From contig NMRA01000363.1 in assembly GCA_002633005.1 (NCBI GenBank), positions 394,549 to 458,548 on the forward strand: a stretch of DNA of 64,000 bases. The letters run 5' to 3'. The stretch's first letter is position 1, and every line of letters begins with the position of its first letter. Both the position numbers and the translations under genes were made by a program. The DNA comes from Phoronis australis (taxonomy: Eukaryota; Animalia; Phoronida). A model generated the notes under the pieces. That model was not told where the DNA came from, did not search any database, and saw only the letters and a list, made by a program, of their open reading frames with translations. Below are positions 38,609 through 51,499 of this stretch, piece after piece.

Positions 38609-39368
38609 TAAACACCTTGTCTTTGCAGACAAGGTGATTTGCCTAGCTGTCATTTTACACACCCTCTTTGCTGTACCCAACAGAGCAGAAATTTCTCAAA
38701 CGAAGACTGCGCTGGCGAGATGCAGTCTTGTAGTGGGTAAAACTTGGGGAATGTCTCCAAGAATATGCTCTGGACATACATGTACACTGCCGTTATCGGA
38801 CTTATAATGTCACAAGCTGTGTCGCAATGGGTGGCGGCGTTGAAACACAGCGCAGTTATCAACAAATTTAATCAGCTGCAACGTCTTCTTTGTTTGTACA
38901 CCACCTGTACTTTTCCAGAAATGCCTTCTGCTGCCCAGAAATCCAACTCGGCTTACCACCCCTGTATATAGGTATACCTTCAGGATAACGGTCAGTGGGT
39001 GAAAACTCACATTCCTTGTTCTGTTGGACAAAGAAGTCACAGGAACGTGTGCAATAAGCTAAAGTGCAAAACTGGGCAACTATTGGCTGTAGTGACGTTC
39101 AGATCACAGTTTAAAATGATACAATCAAGTTCATTACAGAGGTTGGTCACAGACGTCATATATCAGAGCACAGGGAAAGTAAGTAGGTTGTCACCATAGT
39201 TATAGGGTCACTGAGCTCTGCATGTTATTGAGAGAATGAGTAGCATGCTAATCCTGAATGGCCAATGACTCCTTGATGTACAGTAATTCTTTAGCAGCTA
39301 GGCGCGAACAACACCTTCAGAATTTTTTATCTTCAACGGACAGGTACACTAGACAAGGACACTTGAAC

Positions 39369-40412
39369 CCGATTTCATAAAGGTGGTTTAAAGTTAAATC
39401 TGGTTTAAACTGGACCATGTTTAACGACAATCTGCATTTCTTAAAGGTGGTTTAACGTTTCGACCTGTGGTCTAGTAAAACCTAGTTTAACTCCAGTTTA
39501 GACCTGGTCTAAGTCAACTGTTAAATATGTCATACCTGCATGATATAGGTGCAACTGAATGATGCTGCGGTGTGCATTTACGACGCAGTTTTAGAGCAAA
39601 ATGGAATATTTTCAATATTCAGTTTTACGACGACACAAGATCAAATATAGCAAGGGCGGACCCAGGATTATTTAAAGGGGGATCTGTAAAGGACTTTTTT
39701 AAAAGGGGGACCAAGTCAACAATTTGAAAATTATAGATAAATTTGTTATCACTAAAATTTAAGGGAAAAAGGGAGGTCTTACACCTGGACCCCTTAGCTC
39801 CACCTATGTGTAGACCAGTACATGTTGTAGGGTGTCCTGCAGATTCCTCAGGATACGAATGGTCGAGAAGAGCGCCATCGTCATAAGCGCTACGGGTTTG
39901 ACTGTAGACATCATCTGAGTTCCATCTCTACTGGTCTCGGATTTAATGTTACCGGGAAGGTGTTTTGCCCCCCCTCCATTTGGCCGCTAAAATGACACGG
40001 AAATGAATTTGGACATTTTTCGTGTTGCATCTAATCATGAGACATGTAGTTTAATGTGTGTACGTGTGTTGGGAATAGACATTACATTTTTCCTGATGAG
40101 AAAAAGTTTTAGACCTTTTTCGTAGATATCTGCACTGATTCTACTAGTGTGTGCCATCGTATAGCCACGTGATCTAGTTTTCATTGAAGTACTTCAGTAG
40201 TTTCTTGGTTGGGTTAATCCAGATTGACACAGTAAAGTGGCTTAGATACTTTAAACCTGGTTTTACTAAACCCTCTCCCTGGTCTAACAAAACCAGGCTT
40301 TCAGACTTTTCATAAACCACATTGATGAAATGCAAGTTAGGTCTAAAATTAGACTAGTTTTAGGACGACCAGTCTTCAACCTGGCTTTGTTAAACCTCCT
40401 TTATGAAATCGG
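39369..40412. mobile_element. Non-autonomous PIF/Harbinger-like element with a nested GGGCGGA-type MITE (39651-39808)
   Basis: TIR CCGATTTCATAAAGG(T/A)GGTTTAA, 22/23 identical, with subterminal AAACC/GGTTT motifs. Confidence 0.7.
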
Positions 40413-41824
40413 CTGTTACAGTCGTACAAGACCATGCGGGTCACAACCAACACGTCCGTACGGCCTCCCAACACACAAGGATAGTGTACCGCTACGACCT
40501 ATTGTGTCCTGTGTGGGAACATACACTCATGACCTTGCCAAATTTCTAGTCAAAATTCTCAGACCCATCATTGAGAACGACTACGCTCTCGGATTCCTTT
40601 CACTTAATTAAGAGCGTGCACTTAATGATGCACCCTTTATGAGTAGTTTAGATGTTTGTAGTCTTTTCACTAATGTACCTGTGGATGAGGTCATTGAATT
40701 GTGTCTTAACAAGCTATATGTTGATACTGACAAGGTCCATAAATTGAATCGTAACCAATTACATAAGTTACTTATGATAGCAGTTAAACAGAACTACTTT
40801 CTGTTTGATGCTAACTTTTATGTTCAGATTGACTGAGTGGCCATGGGTTCACCCCTGGGCCTAGTGTTAATATTTTCATGTGCAATCTTGAGACTGAGGC
40901 TCTAGCCAGCTGTGCACCCGACGGTAAACCGCAATTTTATCATAGGTATGTGGACGATACGTTTATTGTGTTTTCATCTAAGAACCCAGTCAACACCTTT
41001 TTCAATCAAATGACCAATATGCATCCGTCAGTCAACTTCACCACTGAATCTGAGCACAAGTCTTGTTTACCCTTATTAGATGTCTTGGTTAAACGAGATT
41101 ATAGAAACATTGTTATATCTGTGTATCGTAAGCCCAGTTTTTCTGGGCTTTATCTTAAATTTGATAGTTTTGTGCCGATCCAATACGAGATAGGTCTAGT
41201 CAATTGCTTGTTACATCGTGCCTGGATAATTTGTTGTACCAATTTAAACTTTGATAATGTCGTAGCTAGGATTTTACAGTTATTGCGTGCCAATGGTTAC
41301 CCTCTGCATTTTTTGAATAGTTGCAAAAAGCACTTCCTTTCTAAAATGACTGACACGGATAACGTACCTGTTATTGGACCTGAGAAAAAGATAGTTTTCT
41401 TTTTTCTTGGTTACATGGGGCCAAGTAGTTTAAAATTGAAACGTCAATTATCTCGCCTTATACATTGCATAAACCCAGCCGTTAAGCCAATAATTGTTTT
41501 CAGTTGAAATCTCTCCGCAAACTTTCCAATATGCTGTGTAAACTGAAATCACCTATCCTTTTGTTAAATAAAAGCAATGTTGTGTATAAGGTTGAATGCG
41601 ACAACTGTAAGGAATTCTATATTGGACTCACCCAGAGACGCCTCTGTGACAAGCTGAAAGAACACAGCACCTCCGACAAAAGTAACATTTATAGGCATTG
41701 TGTTTGTAAAGAACCTGCTAAGGAATTACTGTGCTTCAAGGAGTCATTGGCCAATCAGGACCAGCATACTGCTGATTCTCTCAATAACATGCAGAGCTCA
41801 GTGACCCTACAACTATGGTGGTGA
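40413..41824 (+). mobile_element. Penelope-like retroelement (RT + GIY-YIG), disrupted
   Basis: YGLP..HK, PLRPIVS, SLDVCSLFTNVP, AMGSPLG, RYVDDTF, LPLLDVLV, VYRKP, NGYP, NVVYKVEC..C..FYIGLT.R. Confidence 0.9.
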
Positions 41825-43677
41825 CCTACTTACTTTCCCTGTGTCTCTCACTCTCATTTCACCACATGGATGTGAGTTGACAATTCAATCTGTATGTCTT
41901 CTATTGCACGACGTATTTGTTACTTTAGTGAGGCACGATCGCTCCCATTGCCCACCTGTGGGGTTTGTCTTTAGGTGCTGCATGACGCAAATAGGTCGAA
42001 CCAAAACTTGAAAAAATTGTCCAGAAGGTAAACCGTGATTCTCAACATACGTGTATGAGCCTAAACCTTGGTTTTCTAAAGATTGCATTCATTTGCATTT
42101 GATTTAAGTGAGTTATTTTACATCCCGAGAAAATAATATTTGAATAACTGAATCGCATCTGTCAAATTCACCAGTACACGAAAAACTACACCATCGGTGA
42201 GTCGTCTGAAAATTTCCGAAATAATCAGTTTAATCCATCAAAAAGTAGATGGTTCACCAGGACAACTGCCTAGTTCTAGTTTGCACTCTATAACCCCCAT
42301 CATTAAAGACTGATGTCATTTTTAGTTTGAACGCGAAATTATGACACAAAATCTGCCGTTTTCATTCGAATTTGTAGCTCCATTGTGCGTGTCATCAAGT
42401 GCAACTAGATCCTCAGCATACAGTAGGATACAACAATTAACACACATCTTGAGCTCATACCATGTAGATGGTAAAATGTCAAAAAATATATTTTTTTTCG
42501 AAAACAAAGCTTACATCCCGGACACACAACATTTTATACGCTTTAAAGTTCATATATATGAGAGCGTACCATACATCAGCAGTTGTTGCTTGCTGAACAT
42601 ATTTCTATGCCAGAAAGGCATGCGTGACTTTGATATCTCCCTCTTACGAAATAAAGTCCAACTGATGAGCACTCTGTAGATGCTAAACACTCGCGAAAAA
42701 GCAAGATCATATAAGACCATGATTAATTAAGCGGATGAAAGGTGCGATTGCTCTGCTATACTTTCGTCAGTCACTAATGTGATTGCTGGGCGAGGCTGGA
42801 ATGCTGAGTCATGGGATAGAAATATCTGTTTCGGTTCCATAAGCGATACTTTTTCCCATAAAGAGCCTCCAGATCGCTTTGCCTTTGTGGAGCACACTTC
42901 AGGTAACAAGTATTTGGGATTTGCATCAACGTCATGGCTCGGGACAAACACCAGGAATTCCCCCATGCTTTCGACATATTGAAAACACCGAAGACAGCAT
43001 AAAGTTGTGTTCTAGAGCTTAAAAGGGGACTGTAGTCAAAATAATGTTGCACTTAATCGGTTCTAACATACAAATAAAACTCATATTTGCCTGACTTGCG
43101 TGCCAAACAACAGCCGATTCGTATTCATGGTTAAAACACTGAATTCTGAAAGCGATCGCTGATTGGCTGATGTGTCAGTGACGTGAATGGCGGGGTATAG
43201 GCTGCTTTAGACATTCATTGCTTATGTCATATTTTGAAGAGTTTACATTGTAATTTATCATTGTATCAATCGTCCTTATTTTTATTGTTTGTCACAGTGC
43301 TGTAAAAGGTTCGCTATGCCTTTTTGTATGGCACCTGCTTGATCAAACTCTTCGAAAAAGGTGTCTTTTAAGGGATGGTCATCGCATACTATCGTCGGGT
43401 TACCCAAGCCTTGGCCCAAAGCTATATACTAAATATAGGCCTACAGGNAGACTAACCAGCGCTCCAAGCCGGTAATTTTTTAAGCGTCGTTAGAGAATAT
43501 AAGCTTAATTTATGTTGTTGAGTTATTTGTGAAATTAATCATCAATTCATGGAAAACTATCCAGAATTTATTCAGAATAAAATGCAGTTCCCTTTTAAAC
43601 GCCTACTTGTAATTTCTTATTTATATGTTAACAACAACGTGCATAGCAAACCACTATTTACAGATAAGTTTACAAAC

Positions 43678-43800
43678 CTTGACAATTTTTTCCATCTCCG
43701 GAATATCCATTTTTGCAACGACAACTGTAGGATCCATCCGTGTTTGAGCAGTTAGCGTTGATATCGCAGCTAGCAGTCCCAGCTATGCATTCATCTATGT
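43678..43800 (-). CDS. cbEGF exon
   Basis: 123 nt, tatAG|...G|GTTTGT; [41 protein letters not shown]. Confidence 0.9.
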
Positions 43801-46282
43801 CTATAACATTAAATCAGTTTATTATGAGCATTACAACAGAATCCTTATTTTCGTCCATCACCTGTGTTGAATGATGGTACATGGTATGTTGTCTTGAGAG
43901 CCCGTTGCTTAGGTCGCTACAATTTATTGTTGCCACGAGATGCAATATAGTGCAATATGTACAGATTCCGCCCTCGCATGTTCATTTATACTTTCCCGTC
44001 CGGGGCTACGTGGACAGGCAATGCTATCTTAAAAACCGTCTCCATCGCATCTCCCGTACAATGTATTCAAATTACACCATAAGAAACCGACCTTCAGGCC
44101 GCTCGCTACTCATTGGCTAAGTTTCCCACTTAAATTAGCATTTAAATCGCACATGGTCTCAAGATTTTGTGCGTCAACTCGGACCTTTAGAGTAACCCAA
44201 TCCATCTCGACTTAAATTATAGAAAAATTATGCAACATTTCAAATGTGGACAAGGTCAGATAAAATCTGTATTGTTCAAGCAATAACCAATTTTTGTATC
44301 AGGAATTCCCCAAACAAGACAACTTGCTCATTCTTGAGACAGCTTGAACGAACTCGGAATTTCATGCTTTTGTGTAATATAGCCTCACACGCAACATATC
44401 AACCAACCAATGGTGCCACTCTTGCGGCACATGATCTACATTTATAACCTCGCTGGTTCCCTGCGTGTCTGCTTGGAGGAAGGGGAATGCAGGCATCATT
44501 CAGCAGCGCGCGTTTCATCACTGGTTGATGTCATTTGTTAGCTTTACAACAAACAAAGAAAATGGCGGACTGTGGCCGACTTTTAGTCTTGTCAATATCT
44601 TTGAGAACCAAGTTTTCTCATTAAGAAAAATTATAACTTGAAGGATACATCTATCATACCCTTTTCTTCCATTACAACAACCTTGAAGAAAGTTCTGGGT
44701 GGTGCGGATAGAAAGATTTTTAGTTGTAATCTTCAATACCATGTACACTCATGCTCAACATTATATTTGTAAACCATCAAGAGATAGGTCTGAACCTTGT
44801 CTTAATAAGTTCAAATTTATACTTTTTGACGCAGTGGATCTTATTTTGTTTAACACCTCGGATAAAACTTCAGAAAAAAGGAGGGTTTTGTAGGCATCTC
44901 TTTAAAATGATCCAAACAATATAGGTGTTACTTGTATAACCACATCTATGTTGTATTATAAGAAAACTGACTTTTTCATAGGCATACACCTATGCAAATG
45001 TAAACATATATTAAGTTAATTAAACCGAGTGAATGTGAGTGTGAATGTGTGTATGAAAGTTCTCCCCTCCCCCTCCACCTCCCTTTTTATAATAATCTCT
45101 ACTAATTATCCACTCAATCATTATGTTATTAGATATCTGTTCTATATGTATGACGTGTTGATCTTTAGTAAGTTGTAAAGATATGTAGCTGGGGCCGCCC
45201 AACCCCAGCCGTATCTAGTCCTGATATGCTTCCTTGGTTATTAAATGTATTATTCATAAAAAAGTTTTCTCTTTACAGTGTCAAGAACGACCGAGTACGG
45301 TAACATTTCGTTTCTGCAGTAACCTTTATTAGCCGCTTGCTTCAAGCACATGCGATGCACATATATCTGACCAATTTAATCTGTGTGAGTAGTATAGTAA
45401 GTCATTTAGGACCCACGTTTCAGCGGCTCCTCGGTCAAAGGTCATCAATGCGAAAGGAAAAGGTCAAATATGTCAACGGTATAACGTAGTGAAATAAATC
45501 CTCTTAAAGTGACATCAGTTGGTCACTTCACGTTCTCGGTTTACAAAAGCAACCAAATTTGTAAAATGCTCAATATTTGACGTAATTTCGATGCTGACTG
45601 AGAATATGTAACTACCTTTGACAACACGTCAAAATACATCTGATGGCTTTTTCAACAAAGCATTTTGGGTGTTAAAATCATGTTGTAGTATTTTTTGAAA
45701 ATCAACGGCATTTGGCTCTAAATGTTGGTGTAAATGAGAAGTTTAATAACAGTTGTGTTTACGTAACTTGCGAAAAAGCAGCCGAGTGTTTATTTTCGTC
45801 GCTGAGTGTGCGTATGTATCCATGCCCACAAACGTACCGTTTTGTATTGTTTCTAGAATAAATCATTAGCAACAACGCTTGTCCATATATAAAGTATGTC
45901 CGATTTCTGATCAGAAATATAATCTATAGTATTCACCTACACTCGCAAGGAAATATTCAAAATGGAAAAAAAAGTGATAAAAGAATCCAAAAAATACAAT
46001 GTAATTTTTTAGGAAGAAGCGTACAGTGATAATTTGTCTAAAGTTAGTTCTCTAAAGAGTTTGATATATGAGTAAATCCATATCAAGCTTTTGCATCTGC
46101 AGAAACGGTGTCACAACAAGGAAAGGTAATATCCAAGTAATATATATCTTGCTCGGCTGTACACTTCTTACTCTAACACAGCTGTTAATTTGTGTTTTCA
46201 TTTGAATATTAGAACATTTTTAGTTTTAGTAAATGAGACAACGTATAAAACAAGCAAAATTATAACTATGAAGCTGACAAAC

Positions 46283-46405
46283 CTTGGCAATCTTTCCCAT
46301 TTCCTGAATAACCAGTTTTACAATCACATTTGAAAGATCCCGGCAAGTTCATGCACACAGCGTTTTTATGGCAGTCATGTGTCCCATCTGTACATTCGTT
46401 ATTGT
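46283..46405 (-). CDS. cbEGF exon
   Basis: 123 nt, ttcAG|...G|GTTTGT, phase 1-1; DNNECTDGTHDCHKNAVCMNLPGSFKCDCKTGYSGNGKDCQ. Confidence 0.9.
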
Positions 46406-47533
46406 CTGAAATAACAAACAATAAAGGTTTTTGTTATGTACTAGACATTCGTGAGGTGTGATGTTATATTTATCGAAGGGTACGTAACTACGCTACATCT
46501 TGTTTATTTGTCAACAAACTTCATTAAAGTACAATGCGGGCCGCTTCAGTAGTAATTGCCATGTTTTGCAGACGGTTTGAAAGCAATGCTCTTGCGACCA
46601 AATTAACCCATTCTCCAGACCCTCTGAATATATTTGTTTTATTGCAAGTCAACCAATGGTACATCTTTACAATCATCTATTCGTCCGTTTGGTTAACATG
46701 TTGTTTCGTTTTTCCGACGTATTTTCATTACATGCGTCATGGATTAAGTGGTATTTTTCGAAAGGGTTAGCAGGTAGAGATAGTTCTACATCCAGCGTCA
46801 CAGATTTTCATGAAATTATATGAACACTTGGAAAAATGTGCACCCAAAAACATGCATTTGTTAAATATCTTTCCTATAACTGGTGTGAAAGTAAGTATGC
46901 CCCCTTCTATAAAACGTCATACTTCCATTTATTTAAACATGAGCACCCAAATAAGGGGCCTTATGCATGCATTCAAACTTCTGCAAGTAGCAGTGCTGCA
47001 TAATTCCAGTTAAGTAGGCGCCCAAAGCCCACCGTATCTCATTGAGCACTGAATTTTAAAAGTTCCTCGAATTCGCAATAGCGTACTCACAAACATGTAC
47101 ATATATTCACTCACGAGTGGGTGTTTACTTCGGGTCTGCAATGACGAATCTACGTTGTCACAGAAAAAGGATTCAACCACAAATATAGGATTGGCAAAGG
47201 TCCGCGTGCATTCCAAGCAGTCTCTGAAGGGCGACCCAAACACAGTTATAAATGAAAATAGGAGTGTAACGCCCAGAAACTATATGCTGGAGGTGTTTTT
47301 AGTCGCCCGTGGGGATGTCCTTGGGGCCCTTCGGTCTCCATTTATTCGCCCACTGTATGACACCATTAGTATGCCTATATCTTGAAATATTAATCTTAAA
47401 TTTCATTACTCGGCCAACATATGTTACTCCGTACGCTTCAAAGACTAATTACACTAACACGATGTTACACAAGCACTGACGCTTCAATGATCTCAACACC
47501 ATGTACAATGTGCACACGTGCATGCTCTCATAT

Positions 47534-49262
47534 ACAAGAGCAACGCGGAGAGTTGAAATGCGCCCATGAATGCATCGCAAATGATGTGCTTTTAAGGTTG
47601 CTTATTTGTGTCATAAAAATGGCCACTACATGGCGCAGAAACATACAATCTATCCGAAAACGGGAATATGTCATTGCATCTTTAATAGAAAAGCGATACA
47701 CCAAATTGCATAGAAATCCGTCACGGAACTTCAGAGAAACGAAGGAAAACAGAATAAAATGAAACTGCCACTAGGGGGCACAGTGTTCATTGGATCCGCC
47801 TGAAAGTCGTAACTGTCTGTTGCTAGCTTCATATAAATACACTTACGAAATTTAATAAAGATCTTGCAGTGGGTTTAGGAGATACAGCTATGAGCGCAAA
47901 ACAAAACTACCACTAGGTGGCGCCAGAATAGTCAAAGTCGTCATCATCAACTGTCCGCTTCACACTGAGAACTTATACGCCAGTTTTCAAAACCATCTTT
48001 AAAATGATTTGGCTGATAGAAAGGTAGACGCCAAAAACAGACAGTCACGAAAACAGCAAAAATGGCCACTAGCTGGCGCAAAGTACCATCCGAAAACGAG
48101 AGAATAGCATCATCTCACCAGTAGATGCTCGTATTTAAAATTTTATGAAAATCTGTCGAGGACCTTTGAAGATAAAAGTAAAACTAAAATTGCCATCAGG
48201 GGGCGTAGCAGTAGTCAGATCCATCCCAAAATCGTTGTCCATTGTCAACATCATATAAACACGCTTCTTAAATTTAGTAAAGATCCTGCAAACGGTTTAG
48301 GAGATACAGCCATGGGCGAAAAAAGAAACTGCTACTAGCAGGCGTCACAGTAGTCGAGGTCATCGGAAAATCATCCTCAGCCTTCCACTTCATAGTAAAA
48401 ACATACATGCCAATTTTCACAAATAGCAGTTTGGTTGATGGAGGGGTGGACGTCAAAAACAGACTGAAAAACCGTAAAAATGGCCACTAGGTGGCGCAAA
48501 CTAGGTCGAATCCATCTGAAAACAGAAAGATAGCGTCACCTTACTAACAGAAGCCTATATGCCAAATTTTATGAAATTACGCTGAGGACCTTTGAAGATA
48601 CAGAAGTAAATGTAAAAAAATAAAATTGCCACTAGATGGCACACCAGTTGTCAGATCTGACCGAAAGTCATCGTCGCCCATTGTCAACATCATGTAAATG
48701 TACTTAGTAAATTTAGTAAAAATGCTGCAAACAGTATAGGAGATGTAGTCACAGGCGCAAAAGAAAAAAAAACTGCCGCTAGGAGGCGCCACAGTAGTCG
48801 AAGTCGTCGGAAAATCATCGTCAACCATCCTCTTCATAGTAAAACATACATGCCAATTTTCACAATCATGCTTTAAGTGATTTGGTTGATAGAGGGGTGG
48901 ACGTCAAAAAACAAGACTCGAAAACAGTAAAAAATGGGCACTAGGTGGCCTAAACTACGTCGAATCCATCCGAAAATGAAAGAATATCTTCGTCTCGCTA
49001 ATAGATGTCTATATACCAAATTTTATAAAAATACGTTGAGGACCTTTGAATATACAAAGGTAAAAAACTAAAATTTCCACTATAGGGGGCACACCAGTAG
49101 TCGGATCCGTCCGAAAGTTCGCTCATGCCGTCCTATCCATGAAAGGAACACATGCAAAGTTTCATGAACATACGTCAATCGGTTTTGGGAGATAGAGCAG
49201 CGGACGCCGGACGGACGCCGGACGGACGCCGGACAGACGCCAAACAGACGCCGGACGGACGT
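47534..49262 (-). mobile_element. Helentron/HINE-like family A copy 2 with ~430-bp higher-order repeat x3
   Basis: Same ACAAG...AACGCGGA start as 27318; about 10 monomers of ~130-165 bp cycling in three types; ends in (GGACGCCGGAC)n. Confidence 0.75.
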
Positions 49263-51019
49263 GATGCCTGTCGAATAATTATGTGATGAGTATTTCGTCA
49301 GTAAATGAAGCTTCCCCGCTCTTGGGATTGATCGAAAAAGACACTTTATTTCAACCGTCACGACTAAAATTACAAATGTTTTGTCTATTTCCCCTTCTTT
49401 TCACAGCAGACTAAACTTATGTGATATAAAGTATTGAATAAATCAAAATGTATGAACGTACAACATATCAAGAAAGAATTGTGGATGTTTAAACCTCAAC
49501 AAACCACCAACATAAAAAGGTGTTCACTAGACAGAGCTTCCAAATAGAAAGGAGTGGGTATAAACCCAGAATTTTACATGCTTGCAATAGTTCGAATCTT
49601 AAAATTTCTCCCAAAACCCATTGGACGTCTCCATCTCTCAGCCAGATTTAGAGGTGGCAGCCATGCGAGAAAAGAAGCCACTGACCTGGGTCTTTTTAGC
49701 CAGTCATCTCATTTAAAACCTTTTTTCTGGCCATTCTCTGCTATCCTCATCTCTTTAGACACAACTGCACGGGTACACTTGACAACAGTTCAAGTGCAAA
49801 CTATTCGTCAAGAACGCTTTCACGTCGTGAGCAACCCTTGTGACCGATATTACTTTCATAGGTCTCTTTTTCCAAATATCAGACGGACTCAGAATTAGGG
49901 TACAAAATATTCAATATTCGAAATACGAATATAGAGACTTACTGCTAGACAAATATTAGTTACCGTAAAATTTAAAGCAAACCTTTAAACTAGAATGAGC
50001 TTAAGGCTTCGTTGGGTGTTTCTGTTGTAATTAAATTTTGTTTGATGGCTTCTTGAATGTGTCTATTTTGTAAATTTTGTAGCCCAATTGATCAGTTATT
50101 TACTTTTACAGCGCTGCAGTGTTTGTATTGTTTGGGTCGTGGTGTTCCGAACAGTGACAGTGGCAAAGATAGTTGACGTCTTTTGTGACGAAAATAGTTT
50201 ATTACACGATGAAGTTGTCATCCCTCGTTATTATTTAATACTAACGGACGGAGGTAAAATCCGTGTGTTGGGTATGCAATAGTTGTTAGTTAGCTATTAA
50301 TATTTGTACCCTTATTTCTGAGGTCAATGAATCTAATGAAATGTGTTTGCTAGTTGTAGCATGATAAATTTACAGAATCTCTTTTTTCAAGATGAAGAAA
50401 GAAAACATTTTGTGGAGTGAGTGCTGGGCTGTTTGAGACCTTAAATTCTAAAGAGATATTGCCTATTGCCTTGCGCTTCCACAGACCATAGAAAAACTCA
50501 GATTAGTTGAATGGGTGAATGTTGAAATGGGGTTCGAATTGATCAGTTTATAGGGAATACAATCATGAGGTACGGACACAGTAGTGGGGGCATGTTAGGT
50601 AATTGTCCTCAAAGAAGAGACTCTTAAGCTCTGGGCACAAGTTGCCATTTGTCCTGCAAGATTGAAACAGGTTTTGTAGGGTTAGAGAGCGATAAAATTG
50701 CATGTTGTACACGGGAGAAAGTAAGGAAAGTCTTGATGCAGATACCCAGGATAGTGCACGATTCTGTCGAAAAGTAGATACCAGCATCGGTCTATTGGAT
50801 CCCAAGGTCCATCCCAAAGACATACATGTAGTAGTGAACATTTGCAGTGACACTGGATTGCTACTCCAAGAGTTAATGTACATGAAACAATAATCATTGG
50901 GCAGGTAATGTTATCAGACTTCAAGAAAGACTAGAAGTACGCAAGGAACACAATTAGGTAATCACTGATGAAGATCTCTGTCCCTTACCATAGTACAAGG
51001 ACCTTGTCAGTATGTATTA

Positions 51020-51310
51020 CATGTATCTGGAGACATCCCACGAAGAAGCCGGTTCCATTATTGTGCAGCAACACTTGAAATGTGCATGTTGTTTCGGATG
51101 ACACAAATGTATTTGTGCGTTGTGTGCATTACTATGACAGGGAAGAGCTTCAAATACCACAACCATGATGTCACCTAGTAAGCGTAGAACAGTCGTAGAC
51201 AATAAGTTGACAATGGAAACACGTAGTGATTCTGTGAAGGTCTCCTCCCTGCCAATGCGCTCTAGGGGTGTTACACGGTGGTATACTACTATGAAGTTGG
51301 AAAGGGATCC
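51020..51310 (+). pseudogene. Degenerate XPG/FEN1-like (PIN + H3TH) nuclease fragment of a DNA-transposon-associated ORF
   Basis: SHEEAGSIIVQQ...VVSDDTNVFVRCVHYY...GCYTV...EVGK resembles HEEAD...DTDV...GCDT...GxGK. Confidence 0.5.
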
Positions 51311-51499
51311 GTCGAAGGCTGGGCATGACGTGTCTGCCATCGGCACTATTAATACGCATTTTTTTGGTGTTATAAAACAGGCCACTGAATGTATATGTGC
51401 CTGATATGTACGAACCTGGAGAATGCTTACAAAGAATGTGTTTTTATTATATATAGAGCTGAGCCTGGTATTTCGTTGTTAAGTGGAGGAATTTCAAAC

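Larger units (their letters stand above)
36400..39300 (+). mobile_element. Highly degenerate LOA/R1-like LINE fossil interrupted by DNA elements
   Basis: In order: WWTKELAALR; IYLKMLQ...LGCIPATWK..PGK...FGPITL; GPQGDVASP...QAYTDNIV; GKTWGMSP...YTAVI...LQRLLCL. Confidence 0.65.

Noticed and set aside
47114-47223. AG/GT-bounded candidate exon
   Set aside because: The phase-1 frame needed to join the EGF exons contains a stop, and there is no EGF cysteine pattern.
47760-49100. Regularly spaced short motifs as a CRISPR-like array
   Set aside because: The intervening sequences are homologous to each other (tandem monomers), the context is a eukaryotic intron, and no cas genes are present.
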